A stretch of DNA of 56,476 nucleotides, filler included, from Sphacelaria rigidula (lineage: Eukaryota): assembly GCA_964200075.2 (NCBI GenBank). It is 6 parts of 6 records of this genome, joined end to end, with 100 filler letters (N's around TTAATTAATTAA, not from the genome) between each part and the next. Parts side by side here need not be neighbours in the genome. Positions count along the whole stretch, not along the records: positions 18,862 to 28,191 come from CAXNAA020008731.1; positions 28,292 to 37,620 come from CAXNAA020008732.1; positions 37,721 to 47,048 come from CAXNAA020008733.1; 3 more parts are not named here. One strand, written 5' to 3'. The first letter of the stretch is position 1. Every line of letters starts with the position of its first letter. The notes under the pieces are model-generated. The model worked only from the letters and a program-made list of their open reading frames with translations, was not told the origin of the DNA and ran no database searches. Both the position numbers and the translations under genes were made by a program. Shown in pieces: positions 24,831 to 38,050 of this stretch.

Positions 24831-26525
24831 GGGGTGGGGCGTACTCATTTGTTGCTTGCCTCAGTCGTTTGACCATTCACCACTCATCCCTTTCAAGACG
24901 GAGCACCCTTCCTACTCCTGATAGAGACACCTCCAACATTCCGGCGCCCATTATATTTCTAGGAGGAGGAGAAGGGTGTAAAAGTGAGACAAGGAAAAAA
25001 AAAAAGCATGACGCTATCGCTGTTGATGCTTTCCCGGCTTCACATGTCTACACTCTCTAACCGGATTTCCTTCTCGTTTGCGCACGCACACTTTGAAATT
25101 GTCTATTCCAAAGCCCCAAGAACACTACGTAATGCACAGCACCGTTGCGAGATGATATATGCCCATACTGCGCAAAAGGGCCAGGGTTGCGACAAAAATG
25201 TTCGCCAAGACGGATAAACTACTGTATGATATTGATTTTCTCGTGGTTGAAGGTGCAGTGGAGTCACCAAAGCCGCCCCCCATAAGCGAGCTTGAGTGGT
25301 AGTTCCACGTTGTGCGACAGCAGCACCAGTTCATTACATGTGTCCCTACGTGACTTCACGAGTTATCAACCGTGTGTGAACTTTCGCTGTCTACCAAAGA
25401 TACGCAGTTCAAGGGGGGGCGTACTCATTTGTTGCTTGCCTTAGTCATTTGACCATTGACCACGCATCCCTTTCGAGACGGAGCACAGGTCAAGGGGGGG
25501 GGGGGGCATGGGGGTCACNNNNNNNNNNTGTGTCAGTGGCCGTCTGCCCGACGTCCCCTGGGGGGGTGGGGGGAGTTGAGGGGGGGGGGGGGGGCATACG
25601 GGTCACCGTGTATCGCCACCCATGTGGTGACGCAAGTAAGATCGACAGTAACTTTGCCACCAACGAAGCAAAACGGTCGGCCGTTGGTTCGCCGCTGACG
25701 CGAGTTCTTCCTAAAAAAAATGCGGTGGTCACCGTCATCATCCGTAGATGCCGAGGAAGGAGACGCATCAGTCAGCAAAACTTTCATGTATAACCGTCTG
25801 CGGGAGACATGGATCGACAATTGTCACGGATCCATATTATTCAGTTCAAGTCGCGGAGATTGGAGGGGAGGGGGGGGGACAGCGAGCTCGGGGGAAACCG
25901 ATTTCAATCCTTGCGCGATGCCCGATGGAGGCATCAACCTCGAAGTCTTTACTTTTTTGACTGTGAGATCGAGGTTTCCGTTCGAGAGAAGGGGACGCGA
26001 TAGGTGCTTGTCAGAGGGGGCATGTTTACAGGGCTGCTTATCCCGCCTTGGCACCACCAATTTGGATTTCGGCGAGTGTCCTGGGAACACGAAAATATTC
26101 TCGTTGATCATGCCCTAATCATTCTCTGTACCAAATCGGCAGTCCAACCCTTAAAATTGAGGATAGGTGGGGGCGACTTGGAAACCTGGCCGGTCGAAAT
26201 TCGGAACAGTACTTTGCAGGCCAATTACCAGCCCAGGTTTGTTACTTGTGTTTTGAATTCTTGTACGGGAACTCCATGGGGCAAGCTTGACCAGAAAAAT
26301 GGGACAGGTTGATATTTTTTCATGAGACAAGGAGGTTTCAGTGTAGTAAAAGGCCAGTCTTTTCACGAGAACGTCCTTAGCTCTAGGGCAGAAGAAATAA
26401 ACAAGGCCCATTTGTGTTTTGTTTCTAGTATGCCTTTGCGATTCTCCATGCTTAGTTTTAAATCACAGTTCCAAAAATTGACCCGAGAAACTCAGATAAG
26501 GTCCAAGAGTAATGTTCTCGTTCCT

Positions 26526-26671
26526 TTAACCCCTTGAAAAGTATAGTGCTGATTTCTGTCCCGTTAATCTTTGTAAATCGGCATCATTTTGACTTCAAAA
26601 TGACCGAAAATGATGCCGATTCACAAAACAAAAATCAGCACTTTCTGGGGGTCTAGTTCCTAAAGAGTTAA
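26526..26671. mobile_element. TTAA-flanked palindromic MITE (piggyBac-like)
   Basis: TTAA at 26526 and 26668; internal inverted repeat AATCGGCATCATTTT / AAAATGATGCCGATT, related to the 20734 element. Confidence 0.55.
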
Positions 26672-27950
26672 AATCTCCTCAAAAAACGATAAAAATGAAA
26701 ATGTGGAAAAATCTTAAATTAATTTCATAACCATGCACTAGCGATTCTCCATACGGAAGTTTGAAGCACAGCTTGAAAAAAACTGACGCACGAAATGCAG
26801 ATTCAGTGCATCAGTGCCTCTGCTCGTAATATATCAATACTAGTATGGGATCTCATGTGCGCTATCTCGAGATCGATGACGAGTTAGTTAGGTAAGGGGG
26901 AGGGTTTCGATCGTTCCCCCCTGCTCCAGGGAAAGTCCACACCAAAAATCGCCATCATCCGCTGTATATATCGTTCGGGTTTCATACAGACTCTGGTATA
27001 GACGCTATCTCCGCACGGTATAGGAATTACTGAATATAGCGTTCAATCAACGAAAAAAATTGGCCCAGACTGTAGAACGGATGGACACCTTCACCTGGTT
27101 TAGACGATTAATACGAGATGCGGATCACGGTCCAAATCGTCCGTGTCGATGAGATATTGCTTTGAGAGCTTCAAGCCATTTCTAGGCTGGACCAGCATGC
27201 ACACAATCTTCCTTCCGCGTTAACTGTGAAGCCGATCAGAGCTGTATCGAGCGTATCCTGGGCGTGCGTACGCTCGAGAAACTCTCCGTGAGAGGCTGTA
27301 CCGCCTCTATGGGGAGCTGCTTCCTTTATTTCAGTAACCAACCAAACGCACCCATTTATACCCTTTTACAAGAGAAGAAGTTGACGTCGACGACCTACCC
27401 ACACGGCATGGGATGCCAGCTCGTGATGATCACATTGTAGTAGTTCCCAGCTGAAATACGGCATTTTTGTCATTTCTTCGTAGTCGGCGATTTTCAAAAG
27501 TATTTTCGCGTGCCACCGCTGATCCCAGTGAACATTTGATCCCAAAGTTTGGAGATCGGGAGATATCAAGCATCAGCTCCATGTTCCGAAACAATAATCA
27601 TGTCTGCGACTTACGGGCTGAATTGACAGGGAGTGTTACTGGCCGTCTCCGGTCCGAACACATAATTTTGGCTCGAGCGCAATAAACAAGTTGTTATATT
27701 CAAGATAAAAAAAATGAGGGTCTGTAAGATTATTCACAAAAGCGATCTGGATTGGTTCATCCTCCCCTGTGCCATGCAGAGCTCGGCTGGGCAATTTTCG
27801 TGGTTGGGTACTTTTTGTGAATTTTCTCGAGCAAGATCCATCCCTGGCACTCGAACGTCGTACGAGCTGGGCCAGCCGAGAAGCGATTCTGTAGTTTGCA
27901 GGCCTATTATACGGCCGATATTTAGAGTTGGACCCTGAAATTTGGTATGG

Positions 27951-28120
27951 ACAATGAAAAGGGCATAATAAAATATCACCAGTGCACACAAGTTTGTTTT
28001 TTCCCCATGAGTTAGGGACATTTCACCGATATCTGAAAATTGATCAATGCCCCTAACTCATGGAAAAAAAAAAAAACGTTGTGTGCACTGGTATTTTCTT
28101 TTATTATGCCTTATTCATTG
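27951..28120. repeat. Foldback / palindromic MITE-like element
   Basis: CAATGAA..GGCATAATAAAA..ACCAGTGCACACAA..CCATGAGTTAGGG mirrored by CCCTAACTCATGG..TTGTGTGCACTGGT..TTTTATTATGCC..TTCATTG. Confidence 0.8.
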
Positions 28121-28291
28121 TTGTTGTTGTTGTTGTTGTTGTTGTCTTCACATTAAAAGCCGTTCCGATATCTGCGCGGTACATTGGTACTNNNNNNNNN
28201 NNNNNNNNNNNNNNNNNNNNNNNNNNNNNNNNNNNTTAATTAATTAANNNNNNNNNNNNNNNNNNNNNNNNNNNNNNNNNNNNNNNNNNNN

Positions 28292-28962
28292 GTTGTAGAC
28301 TACGAATCGTTCACATCGTCTTCTCACAGCTGAGGCTGGCAAAAATGAGGAACTGCACCCAAAGCAACGGCGTGTATCCGCCGAGCATTTGAATTTTCAC
28401 TCAGCATAACCAAGCGGATGCTGGTACCGTGGCAGCGCCAGGGAGGTCTTCTATTTGCGATGCAAAGCGTTTCTACTTCGTGACTGGTCCTTTGTGATGA
28501 GCATGACAGTTATGACTCTCCTTCCACTCTAACCCTAAATAGTATACTGTACAGCGATACCGCACAGAGAGTCAGTTGCACAAACAACTCTAGTACAGAC
28601 AGTACGATACGCAGCACTTTCAAACAGCAGACCTCGGCCGCATTGCGATGATTTCTCCACATGCCACCCATCACGGTGGCGCGGTGCAAGACGTCAGGAT
28701 CTCTCACGGGATGGGAACACAGCCAGGTGTTGTACTGCTTGCGCGCTGTAGACTACGAATCGTTCCCACTGTCGTCTTCAAGCTGAGGCTGGCAAGAGTG
28801 AGGAACTGCACCCAAGTCAACGTGTGCCCGTCGAGCATTTGAAATATTCACGCAGCACAACCAACGGAATGCTAATACCATGGCGGCGTCAGGGAGGTCT
28901 TCTGATTGTCATGCCAAGCTTTTCTACTTCGTGAAAGGCCAATTGTGATGAGTATGGCAGTT
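28292..28962 (+). repeat. Diverged direct duplication (~220-bp unit, period ~455 bp)
   Basis: TGTAGACTACGAATCGTTC...GAGGAACTGCACCCAA...TTTCTACTTCGTGA occurs at ~28294 and ~28748. Confidence 0.8.
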
Positions 28963-30310
28963 TTGATGGATGATAAGTGCCCCACTTTGCGTGTTAAGGT
29001 GTGTTGACTTGGGACTGGACGTGACCATGGCGGTCAAGGTGGGCGTGGTCCTTCTTCATTCCGCTATGAGCTCCGAAGAGGAACAACGGTTTTCAGAGTG
29101 AAGTGGTGCAAACGGTCCTCCGACTCGGGAAAAATCGCTCTGAAAAAAACTTCATAGCGGAGAATGCACCGTTACCGGCTATTTTTCATTCGACTCTGAC
29201 TCTAAGATTTGAAAAAACGTTTTCCAAAACTCTCGAATAACGGCCGTAAACAAATAAACGACTTGGCTGAAGTTTGAAAAGTTTAAATTGTGCTCCGGAC
29301 CCATGCACGTCTACTCCAGAGTGCCACATGTTGTACTGTACAGTACAATACCTGACACAGAGCAGTAGAGTCCAGTGCAGCACAGCACTGTAGAATATGG
29401 TGCTGTGTACTGCGCTGCCGCCCAGGGCATAGTCCAGTCCGCCACAGACAAGGGTAGTCGCTGAAGTGTATCTACGTAAGGGCGGTCAGATCGAATCCTT
29501 TCAGAATCAATTCCTGCACACTGTGCGTGTGGATCACGTGCATATCTTTGGGTTGCGTCGTCCATCATGCACATCGCTGATAGTGCTCCTGTTGTTGGCT
29601 TCTGGAGCGTATGCTCGGAACCCCCGTCCGGGTTTTAACGACCGTAAACGTTGAGTAACACCTACGGAGACGACGCAGACATGCAAACCTACTTGGTGAG
29701 TTGAACGGTACTAGAGTACCACGATCGAACGCTGCAGGCATCAGATACAAGTATCATCCTGTATGTCAAAACCACAGCTCCGCTGGCGTAGGCCGGTACT
29801 GCACTTGTGTTCTTCAGCTCGTACTCTCGGCTCCTTTCCCGGGTTGCCCCTCGCCAACCCTGCCGAAGTGACCAGGGTGGGTGTGGACGTTCTGACATAT
29901 TTCCACAACAGTGAGAACGATATTTATTCGCCTATGGGAAAGAAGAAGTGATCGCGCCGAGGATCGAACTCTCACTTCTTTTGTTCGTCAGAACGATTTC
30001 CATCACCGAGCCACTCAGTCAGCGCTGACTGAGTGGCTCGGCTCAGTGGTGGAGTTTGTTCCGACGAACAAAACACACGATGGAAGGGAAGCTATGTCAA
30101 AAGCACTGATTCTCAACCCTCCACCCATTCACCCCCCGGTCCATTGCCTCCCTTCTGACGGTAGATGTGGAGGATTCCTGAGACTCATTCGCGGGATGCG
30201 ACGTCTGAATACCTGCTCAGACGCCGGCGCGGGCAGTCCCAATGCTGCATAAGACGCCAATATCGATCCCGAAGTAACAGCGCCACGAGTCCCGGGTTGT
30301 TGCATGGTTC

Positions 30311-32036
30311 CAAGGTTGTGCTCTGTAGGATACGGTCCTCTGTACACCCGGGGTATTTTCCCGGGTATTTACTGTACCCGAAAGTTCTGCGACTTCTGTC
30401 AGACGTTCATACCGGTACCCGACAGTTGTAAGCCTCCCGTACCGTCACTGGGGGGCACGGGTACGCTTTAGATAAGATACCCGATTGCGGGTACGGTTTT
30501 CTGTGCAACCTCCATACCCTACCCGACAGTTTATGTGAGTTCTGTAAGCCTCCCATACCTTTACCCGACAGTTTTGTGAGTTCTGTACGGAATGTTTACC
30601 CGTGCCCGCAGCGCGGGTATGCTCTTGAAGAAAAACCCGGTTGTCGTTACGATTTTTCTGTAAACCTCCCATACCATCCCCGAAAAGTTCTGCAATTTCT
30701 GAAATACTTTCATTCAGTACAGGTACCCGACAGTTCTGTGAGCTCTGAAAGCCTCCCATACCCCTACCCGGGGTTAGGGTATACCGTTGTAGATATACCC
30801 GATTGCAGGTACAGTACAGATATATACCCTGGGGAGGTATGGGTATAGGCTCGATCCAAACACAACCTCATGACCGGAATATAAACCCCCCATCAAGCAA
30901 CCCACCCTATTCCTTCATTCAAAACTTGACACCAACGAAAATTCAATGTTGGAAAGTTCTTTAGTTTGGAATCTGACGGGATACGAGGTTCTGCTAAGTG
31001 GAAGCACCAAACATAAGCACCACTGCAGACCGTCTGAATGGATTACCCTGAGACTCGAGTGGTTGCTCGAGGGGGGGCGGTTCAACTGCACCACCAGTAA
31101 GACGCACGCCATCGACACTGATGGTGGTTGTGTCGTGGTCATCGAACCCCAGGTCGTTATCGACGTGCACAGCAGAGAATATTAGCTGGTACCGGAAGTC
31201 GTCAAGGCGGTCGACGATTTGATCGTGCCAAAGAGCTCCCAGAGAGCGGTCAGCCGTAAATGCTCCTTTATGTACTCCGTGGGGGTGTACGTGAAGCCGA
31301 TTGATGTTTACGATCCCGTGCACATGTACTACTGCGAGTGTTCGTATCGTCTTTCTCTATCAGCCCCGTGAAGCTGTTCAGAGTTTTCGTGAACGGTCAT
31401 CTGTAGTTCGCCACGGTAGTGACGTAGGTCCCACCACAGGGGTGATGATAGTACCAAGGTCGTGTTTTGTAGGATACGGTTTTCTATATACCCAGGGTAT
31501 TTTCCCAGGTATTTACCGTACCGTACAGTTCTGAAACTTCTGTCAGACGTTCATACCGGAAACCGACAGGTTTGTAATCTCTCGGAAGACTTCCATACCC
31601 TTACCCGATCCTTCTGTGTTTCTGTAAGCCTCCTGTACCGCCATCGGGGGGGGCGGGTATGCTCTCGATAAAATTGATACCCGGTTGCGGGTACGGTTTT
31701 CTGTGCAACCTCCATACCCTACCCGATAGCTTCTGTGAGTTCTGTCAGCCTCCCATACCCTTACCCGACAGTTGAGTGAGTTTTGTGCGGAATTTTTACC
31801 CGTCCCCTAGCGCAGGTATGCTCTTGAAGAGGAACCCGGTTGTCAGTACGTTTTTTCTATAAGCCTCCCATACCGTACTCGAAACGTTCTGCAATCTCTG
31901 TAAGGTTTTCAAACCGGTACCCGGCGGTTTTGAAATTTCTGCGAGACTTTCATGGCGGCACCCTACGTTTATTCAAGTTATGTAAGGAGTATCATACCCT
32001 GCAGAACATACCCGCACCCCACAGGACACAACGTTG
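30311..32036. mobile_element. hAT-like non-autonomous composite: two ~570-bp modules flanking a ~585-bp internal segment
   Basis: Outer TIRs CAAGGTTGTGCTCTGTAGG / CCACAGGACACAACGTTG, flanked by identical CATGGTTC at 30303-30310 and 32037-32044. Modules 30311-30869 and 31455-32036 are direct repeats. Confidence 0.75.
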
Positions 32037-35000
32037 CATGGTTCTACTGAGCACAATTGCTTGATATAGCAGCATCTGACTTCTTGGGTCATGTTTGCGG
32101 TCATGGTCGTGATTTCGATCGGCATCAACGGGGCCTATATTTGTGCTTCTCAGCGCTCGGTACGAGTAATTAACTCCGATACTCGCAACTTTAAATCGAC
32201 GAAACAGCTGACATATTGCATCCATACATCGTTTTATCTCATGTCCCCGGACAGGTGGTGAAGCAACTGTATCACCCGGGCCTCCACTCCGCCCGACTCG
32301 TACCACACATGTTAGCGAGCGTGGATCTCGACCAACAGTCTCCGAATGAGTCAGCCAAGTGGGGCGACGCCGCGGACGGCTGAAACTGTGGCACGCGGAG
32401 GTTTCGACGGCAGAGGTTTTGCTGGGCCGACACCGTGGACATATCTTGCGGAGGTGGCAGACGGATGGGGGAGCGGGGCTGCATCGGTGCCGACGACGGT
32501 GCCAGGGGTGGGTGTTGGCACCCGCGCGGCGGTTCGGAAGACTCCGCCATCGTATATTGCGGCACCGACAGGCAGCGGGGAAACAGCGGCGGCAGCGGAC
32601 CTAGATCGGCTTGGTGCGGCGCTTCCCCAGCCTTCTAGTCTGGACTGCCACCCCCACCTGCTGTGGTGGCGTAACGGCAGTGGGCCTGATCAGAGTATCC
32701 ACAGCGCAGTTGAACCCGGGATAGGTGAGGGGGAGATGTCCACAGTCCACTCCTCCATCATCCACTCCGAGAGGTTGTTCAAGAAGCACTCGGAGAAGTG
32801 ACTGGGGACTTCAATTGATACTGATCAGCGAGTATTGTGTTGATAGCAATGTCCTACGGGTATATTACGCCGCAGAGCTCTGACGCAGTGCAAGTCACTC
32901 TCAAACGATTGTGAGCGGTGGCCCCCGGTACATTCTCTCGAGGAAAGGGTTTACGGCGCCACGGAGAATCTGAGGGGTGGAGGTGAGAGCGCTTGGACCC
33001 CCGCCGGACAGTATACGTGGTTGACGCCATCTATAAAGGTAGCACTATTCGTGTTGACCTACCTTTTGGCTGGATGGGAGTTTTTACCATATGTGTCTGG
33101 GATTCGTTTCGTCAAGATGTTGGATTTCGTGCTGGAGGCCCTGCACGCAGGTACGCGAAATCTCTTTCCAGCACCGATACTGACGGAAGAAGACGGCGTC
33201 CTAAGAGTGGACATCGACGAGGGCTTAAGCCTCCGGCCGCCATCTTCCTTTTCAGTTGCAAAAACGCTTCTCCGCGAATCGCCACGGATCCGGGGTTTTT
33301 CTTCGCCACGGGGGGGTGGGACTTCGGATCGTATGTCGACAAGATCCGCCTGTGTACCACCACAGTACATGGCCATATACCTTCCTGGTGCTGCCCAGAC
33401 TTGGACACTTGTCGGAAGCACGTGGGTGAGTATGACGCGGTATTCGAATACTGGGGAGGGCATTTTTAGGAGAAGACACCCACGGTGGACTTCAACGGCC
33501 GCGGTTGGGTTGTTGAATCACAGAAGAAGACTCATTACAAGCGGGGCATAAAACCGGCGAGCAGAGAGGCAGAAGCGCCCACGCGGGACAACATTGTTGT
33601 TTATTTATCAAGCCAAACGTATGTTGATGGGTCCGGAAACGTGCAGGCCCTGAGGTGCTCATAACCCGGCAAAGGCGCCACAAAGGGACCACCGCTTCGA
33701 TAAATGCATGTGTAGGTATTTAGGGAACTGCACACTGAGCTACGGTTGCCAGGGTCGCTACTTGCTTCCCCCGCCATCCTCTGGGGCAACCGATTCGACT
33801 TCCAGTGGCGATGCTGACAGTGGAAATGGCGATGCACGTGAGCGATCTATTTCTGCGAGGGGCAAATCCGCGGCGAAGCGTGGGAGGCGCGGATCCACAG
33901 CGAAGCGCGGGAGTGGTGGATCCACGGCAAAGCGTGGAAGGGCCAAGGCGAGTGGAGCGATCAACGCGTCGAGGGTAGCAGTCAGCGTGAGGCACGGCGA
34001 TGAGCCGCGTCGGTGTGACGGCGGGAGTGTGGTGGGAGAGGAATGGGGTCTGGGAATATCCCCGAATAGTCCTTATTGTTGCGACGGTGGACATGAAGAC
34101 TACAACAGCGTCGGGTCAAGAAGTGCAGCCGGCATCTGGATTGGAGATTCCGATCTGGAGTGCAGCGGGTCAGGGACAGATGAACCGGCAACGGAGGCAG
34201 ATAAAAACTATGATTTTATGTTTTAATCGCGCCTGATGGACAAATTGTACACTCTCTGGGTTTGTAGAGTGGACTATTGCCTTTGCATCATTCAAGGTTG
34301 TCTTCTCCAGGAGGTGGTCAAAACGCTCGCCTGTACATAGCAATGGTGTTCTTTGCATGGTGCAGTGCGCCCCTTGGGGCACAAGTGTGTTGAAGTTGGT
34401 GTGCTGACGCCCGTGGGCGAATCTCCGGTCGTGTGTGAGTGCAGGTTTTCATGAACACCGGATGAGTCTATATCGAGGATGACTGTAGGTCCACCTCTGA
34501 ACAGAACAACGATCTCCAAGTTTGCCTTTTGTCAATCCTACATGCGCTTACCATTGCACAGTCGTCGGCGCTACTCTGTGGCTTGTATGAACGGTGGTCT
34601 GACATAAAGCGAATTGCCGGCAATCGTTGCTGTCACGAGTTGTGATGAACGCTGGGGGGAGGTAAGTCCGAACGAGTTCTTCGATGCTTTTTCTTCAACA
34701 GGCTCAACCACTCTGCGGCGCAGTGGATGATCAATGTGACCACCTTACCTCCAAATCGTACCACACCTCACCTTACAACTCACGCTCAAGAAGGTGGCTT
34801 ACGTTACGCACGCGTCCGCCAACTAGCTGCAAACCCTGGCCCATTTCAAGACAGTGGACTTGAAAAACCCGGTGCCGCCAGGCTCGACCCCCATGAATAT
34901 GCCGGCTGATGTGCATTTTCACACGTTTGTCGCGTCTCTGTTCACGGTTTTGCTCACGCCCATGGAGCACGCTTCCGACTTATGCAAGATACGCACGCGC

Positions 35001-35110
35001 GCCCTTCAGTCGGAGTTCGAATCAGTAGCTAACCAAGGGAGTATACAGATTATCACTACATATCATTGTACCCACATAAAACGACGGTCCGCGGCACGCT
35101 TATAACAGCC

Positions 35111-37620
35111 ATGGACACCGGCATAGAGGAGTTCTTTTACCGGGTGCCACTTCAGGCACAAAGGCTTTGGAGGACACACCCGGCCGTTGTTCCGCCGTCG
35201 ATGACGGGGTAGCCGGTAGCGGCGCCGGCTTTTACAAAACTTGAAGCCCTCGTCACGGAGGACGGGCCCAACTACCTCGTCGAGAAGTCCGCATTCTGGG
35301 CGATCGGTGAGGCGAAACCCAAAAAGAAGAGAAGAGCAACGTCGCAGGCAGGGCCAACATTGACAGGAGAAGCGGGTAGCGACGTGAACACGATGTTTGC
35401 GGACGCCTCTAGGTCCGTGGGGCTTATCGAAGCACCTTCACCTGGGTCGGTCCCAGCGACCGTGTTTCATGGTGAGAGACGTAGAGAGCAGACGGGGGTA
35501 GTAGGGCCTTGCAGCCGGGGTTGTGAACACCTGGGGAATCAGGGTTACGAAGGAAACGGGGTATCAGTGTGCCCTCGGCAGTTTGTCACGTAAGTTAACT
35601 CAAGGCATGAACGCGTAACCCCTCAGATAGCAAAAAACCACTCAGTTTCGCTCTCGCAGGCGGTCGGCGTAGCGCCGCCGACAACACTAACCCCTGGTAC
35701 ACTAGAACAGGCCACGCCAGTTTTGAATGTAGCTGGGACCAATTCCACCATTCATGAACGTGGGGCCAGTTACCCCTTCAGTGACCGTGGGGCCAGTTAC
35801 CCCCGGAACGATCATGGGGCCACTTACCCCCGGAACGATCATGGGGCCACTTACCCCAGCAGCGACCGTGGGGCCACTTACCCCTTGAGCGATTATGGGG
35901 CCAGTTACCCCTCAAGTGATCATGGGGCCAGTTACCCCTTCACTGACAGTGGGGCCAGTTACCCCAGTTGTGACCGTGGGGCCAGTAGTGATCATGGAGC
36001 CGGTTACCCCAGTAGTGACCGTGGGGCCAGTTACCCCAGCAGTGACCGTGGGGTCAGTTACCCCATTACTGACTATGGGGCCCGTTACCCCTTCAGTGAC
36101 CATGAGGCCAGTTACCCCTTCAGTGATCACGAGGACAGATACTCCACCAGTGATCGTAGGATCAATTACCACCTCAGTGAACACAGGGCCAGTTACCCTT
36201 CCGGCGAACCAGGGGCCAGTTACCCTTCCGGCGAACCAGGGGCCAGTTACCCCGCTAGTAATTCCTCAATGGATCAAGGAGCCGGTAGTTCCGCGTCCGG
36301 TGCAGGACCCAAAACAGGCGCATCATTTGTTGGTTTTCAGTCTAGCAGGTCGGCAGCGGTGCCGCCTCCTAACGGCGGAGACGAGTCGGGATAGTCTGAC
36401 GCTGAACTAGTAGCACTGTGGTACTCAGAAAAAGGAGAGTAGGAAAAATCAGGTATCACGGCCAAGAAAAAAGAAGACATACTGTACAGATTCGCAAATA
36501 TCTGCACGTGCATCACAGGAGAACACGGTGGACGCATTGGGGATGTCGCGAGGTCTATCGGGGGATCGCTAGGCACACCACCGGTAGACCCGCACGAGAT
36601 CAGGAAGTATTTCGGGCTGATGAAGGATTTCCCGCAGACAGACGAACTCGTTACTGTTGTATCCACAGGTGTTCCCGTCGGCGCGACAGTCACTGCATCC
36701 CCCACGCAAGAGAATCTCGACTGCGCACTGCAGTATGGCAACAGCAGTAGCGCCCACGATCAACTACCAAAAGTTTGGGAAAAACTGGGAGACGATATAC
36801 GCAGGGGAAAGTGTCTGCTAGTCGAAAACTCGGCCGCCCGAAAAATCCGGAACCTGCGGTTGTACCCCTGGGAGCAGTAACCACACACAAAGTCCGCATA
36901 ATCAACGAGTTGTCTTTCGACGCGCAACGCACTCGGAAAAAAAGAGGGTTGAACGGCGACACAAACCCTGAAGACGTGCCGGCCAGTTTATGCGGAAAAG
37001 CGCTGCAGAAGTTCCTCAAGTAGCTCATTTCGTTGCCAAAAAAATACCCCAAAAAACGCACACTAATGGCAAAGGCAGATGTATCGGATGCGTTCCGTAA
37101 TGCGAGGATAGATTCAGACCACGCCCATAGATTCGGCTACGTTGTGGACAACCTGGTCGTGTGTGACTTCCGGCTCACGTTCGGCTGGTCAGGCTCGCCA
37201 TGTTTCTGGGGAGTATTGGCATCGGCGGCAGAACACGCCCACTGTAACACGAACATTGACAACGCGGTTTTACTGCCAGAAGGCAAGGAGATGACAGCTC
37301 ACAAGAAGATAGTTGATAGGTGGGAAACGGGGGACCCCACACCAATTCCAAAAGATTCTATGACCACCCCACACCCAGCAGCAGGCTTACATGACAATTT
37401 CTTCACGTCAGTGTACGTAGACGACTACCTGCAGATTCGCGTACAGCACTCTGATGACGGCACGAGCGCTTTTATCGCGTCCGCGTCCGTCGTATCCGAC
37501 CACGTCAGACTCTTCGGCAACGGAGAAGAAGGCGAGACACCTATTCTAGCCCCCCAAAAGAGTACAGATTGGGATACCGAGATAGAGGCGTTGGGCCTGA
37601 CCATTAACTCGCACACTATG
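35111..37620 (+). mobile_element. Degenerate DIRS/Ngaro-type (tyrosine-recombinase class) retrotransposon pol ORF, cut by a gap
   Basis: One reading frame from ATG 35111 with several stops and a frameshift at ~36868. RT motifs PLGAV..KVRII..LSF, KADVSDAFRN, RLTFGWSGSP, YVDD, EALGLTINSHTM. The recombinase itself is not visible. Confidence 0.8.
35757..36256 (+). repeat. 27-bp minisatellite (~18 units) encoding GASYPxSDR/H repeats
   Basis: Unit TGGGGCCAGTTACCCCTTCAGTGACCG in contiguous tandem copies. Confidence 0.95.
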
Positions 37621-37926
37621 NNNNNNNNNNNNNNNNNNNNNNNNNNNNNNNNNNNNNNNNNNNNTTAATTAATTAANNNNNNNNNNNNNNNNNNNNNNNN
37701 NNNNNNNNNNNNNNNNNNNNTTTTTTTTTTTGGTGTCTTTGTTTTGTTTGTTGGTTGGTTTTGGGTTTTTGTGTTGTTGGTGGGTGTTTGGGGGGGGGGG
37801 GGAATGTTGGAAGTGAGAGGTGGGTCACCTCTCCTGTAAAACCACTCAAAACCCCCAAAATTTTAGCTGAGCTTGTTGTGTTTCGCTGCTGCAAATTTTG
37901 TTGCATGTTTCGTTATTTTTTGGCAG

Positions 37927-38050
37927 GGATGTTCGGCCCTGGCTTGATCTCGTCGACGAGTTGCGATCGCACGGCATATCGCAGGATCTTCCTCTTCCTC
38001 AGATAGCCGTCATGGGAGACCAGAGTTGCGGCAAGTCTAGCGTGCTGGAG
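37927..38050 (+). CDS. Mx-like dynamin GTPase, exon with the G1 P-loop
   Basis: cag|G...GAG|gt; [41 protein letters not shown]. Confidence 0.95.

Noticed and set aside
35757..36256. CRISPR-like array
   Set aside because: Units are contiguous 27-bp degenerate tandem repeats. The variable part is only a few nt and self-similar, there are no cas genes, and the context is a eukaryotic retroelement.
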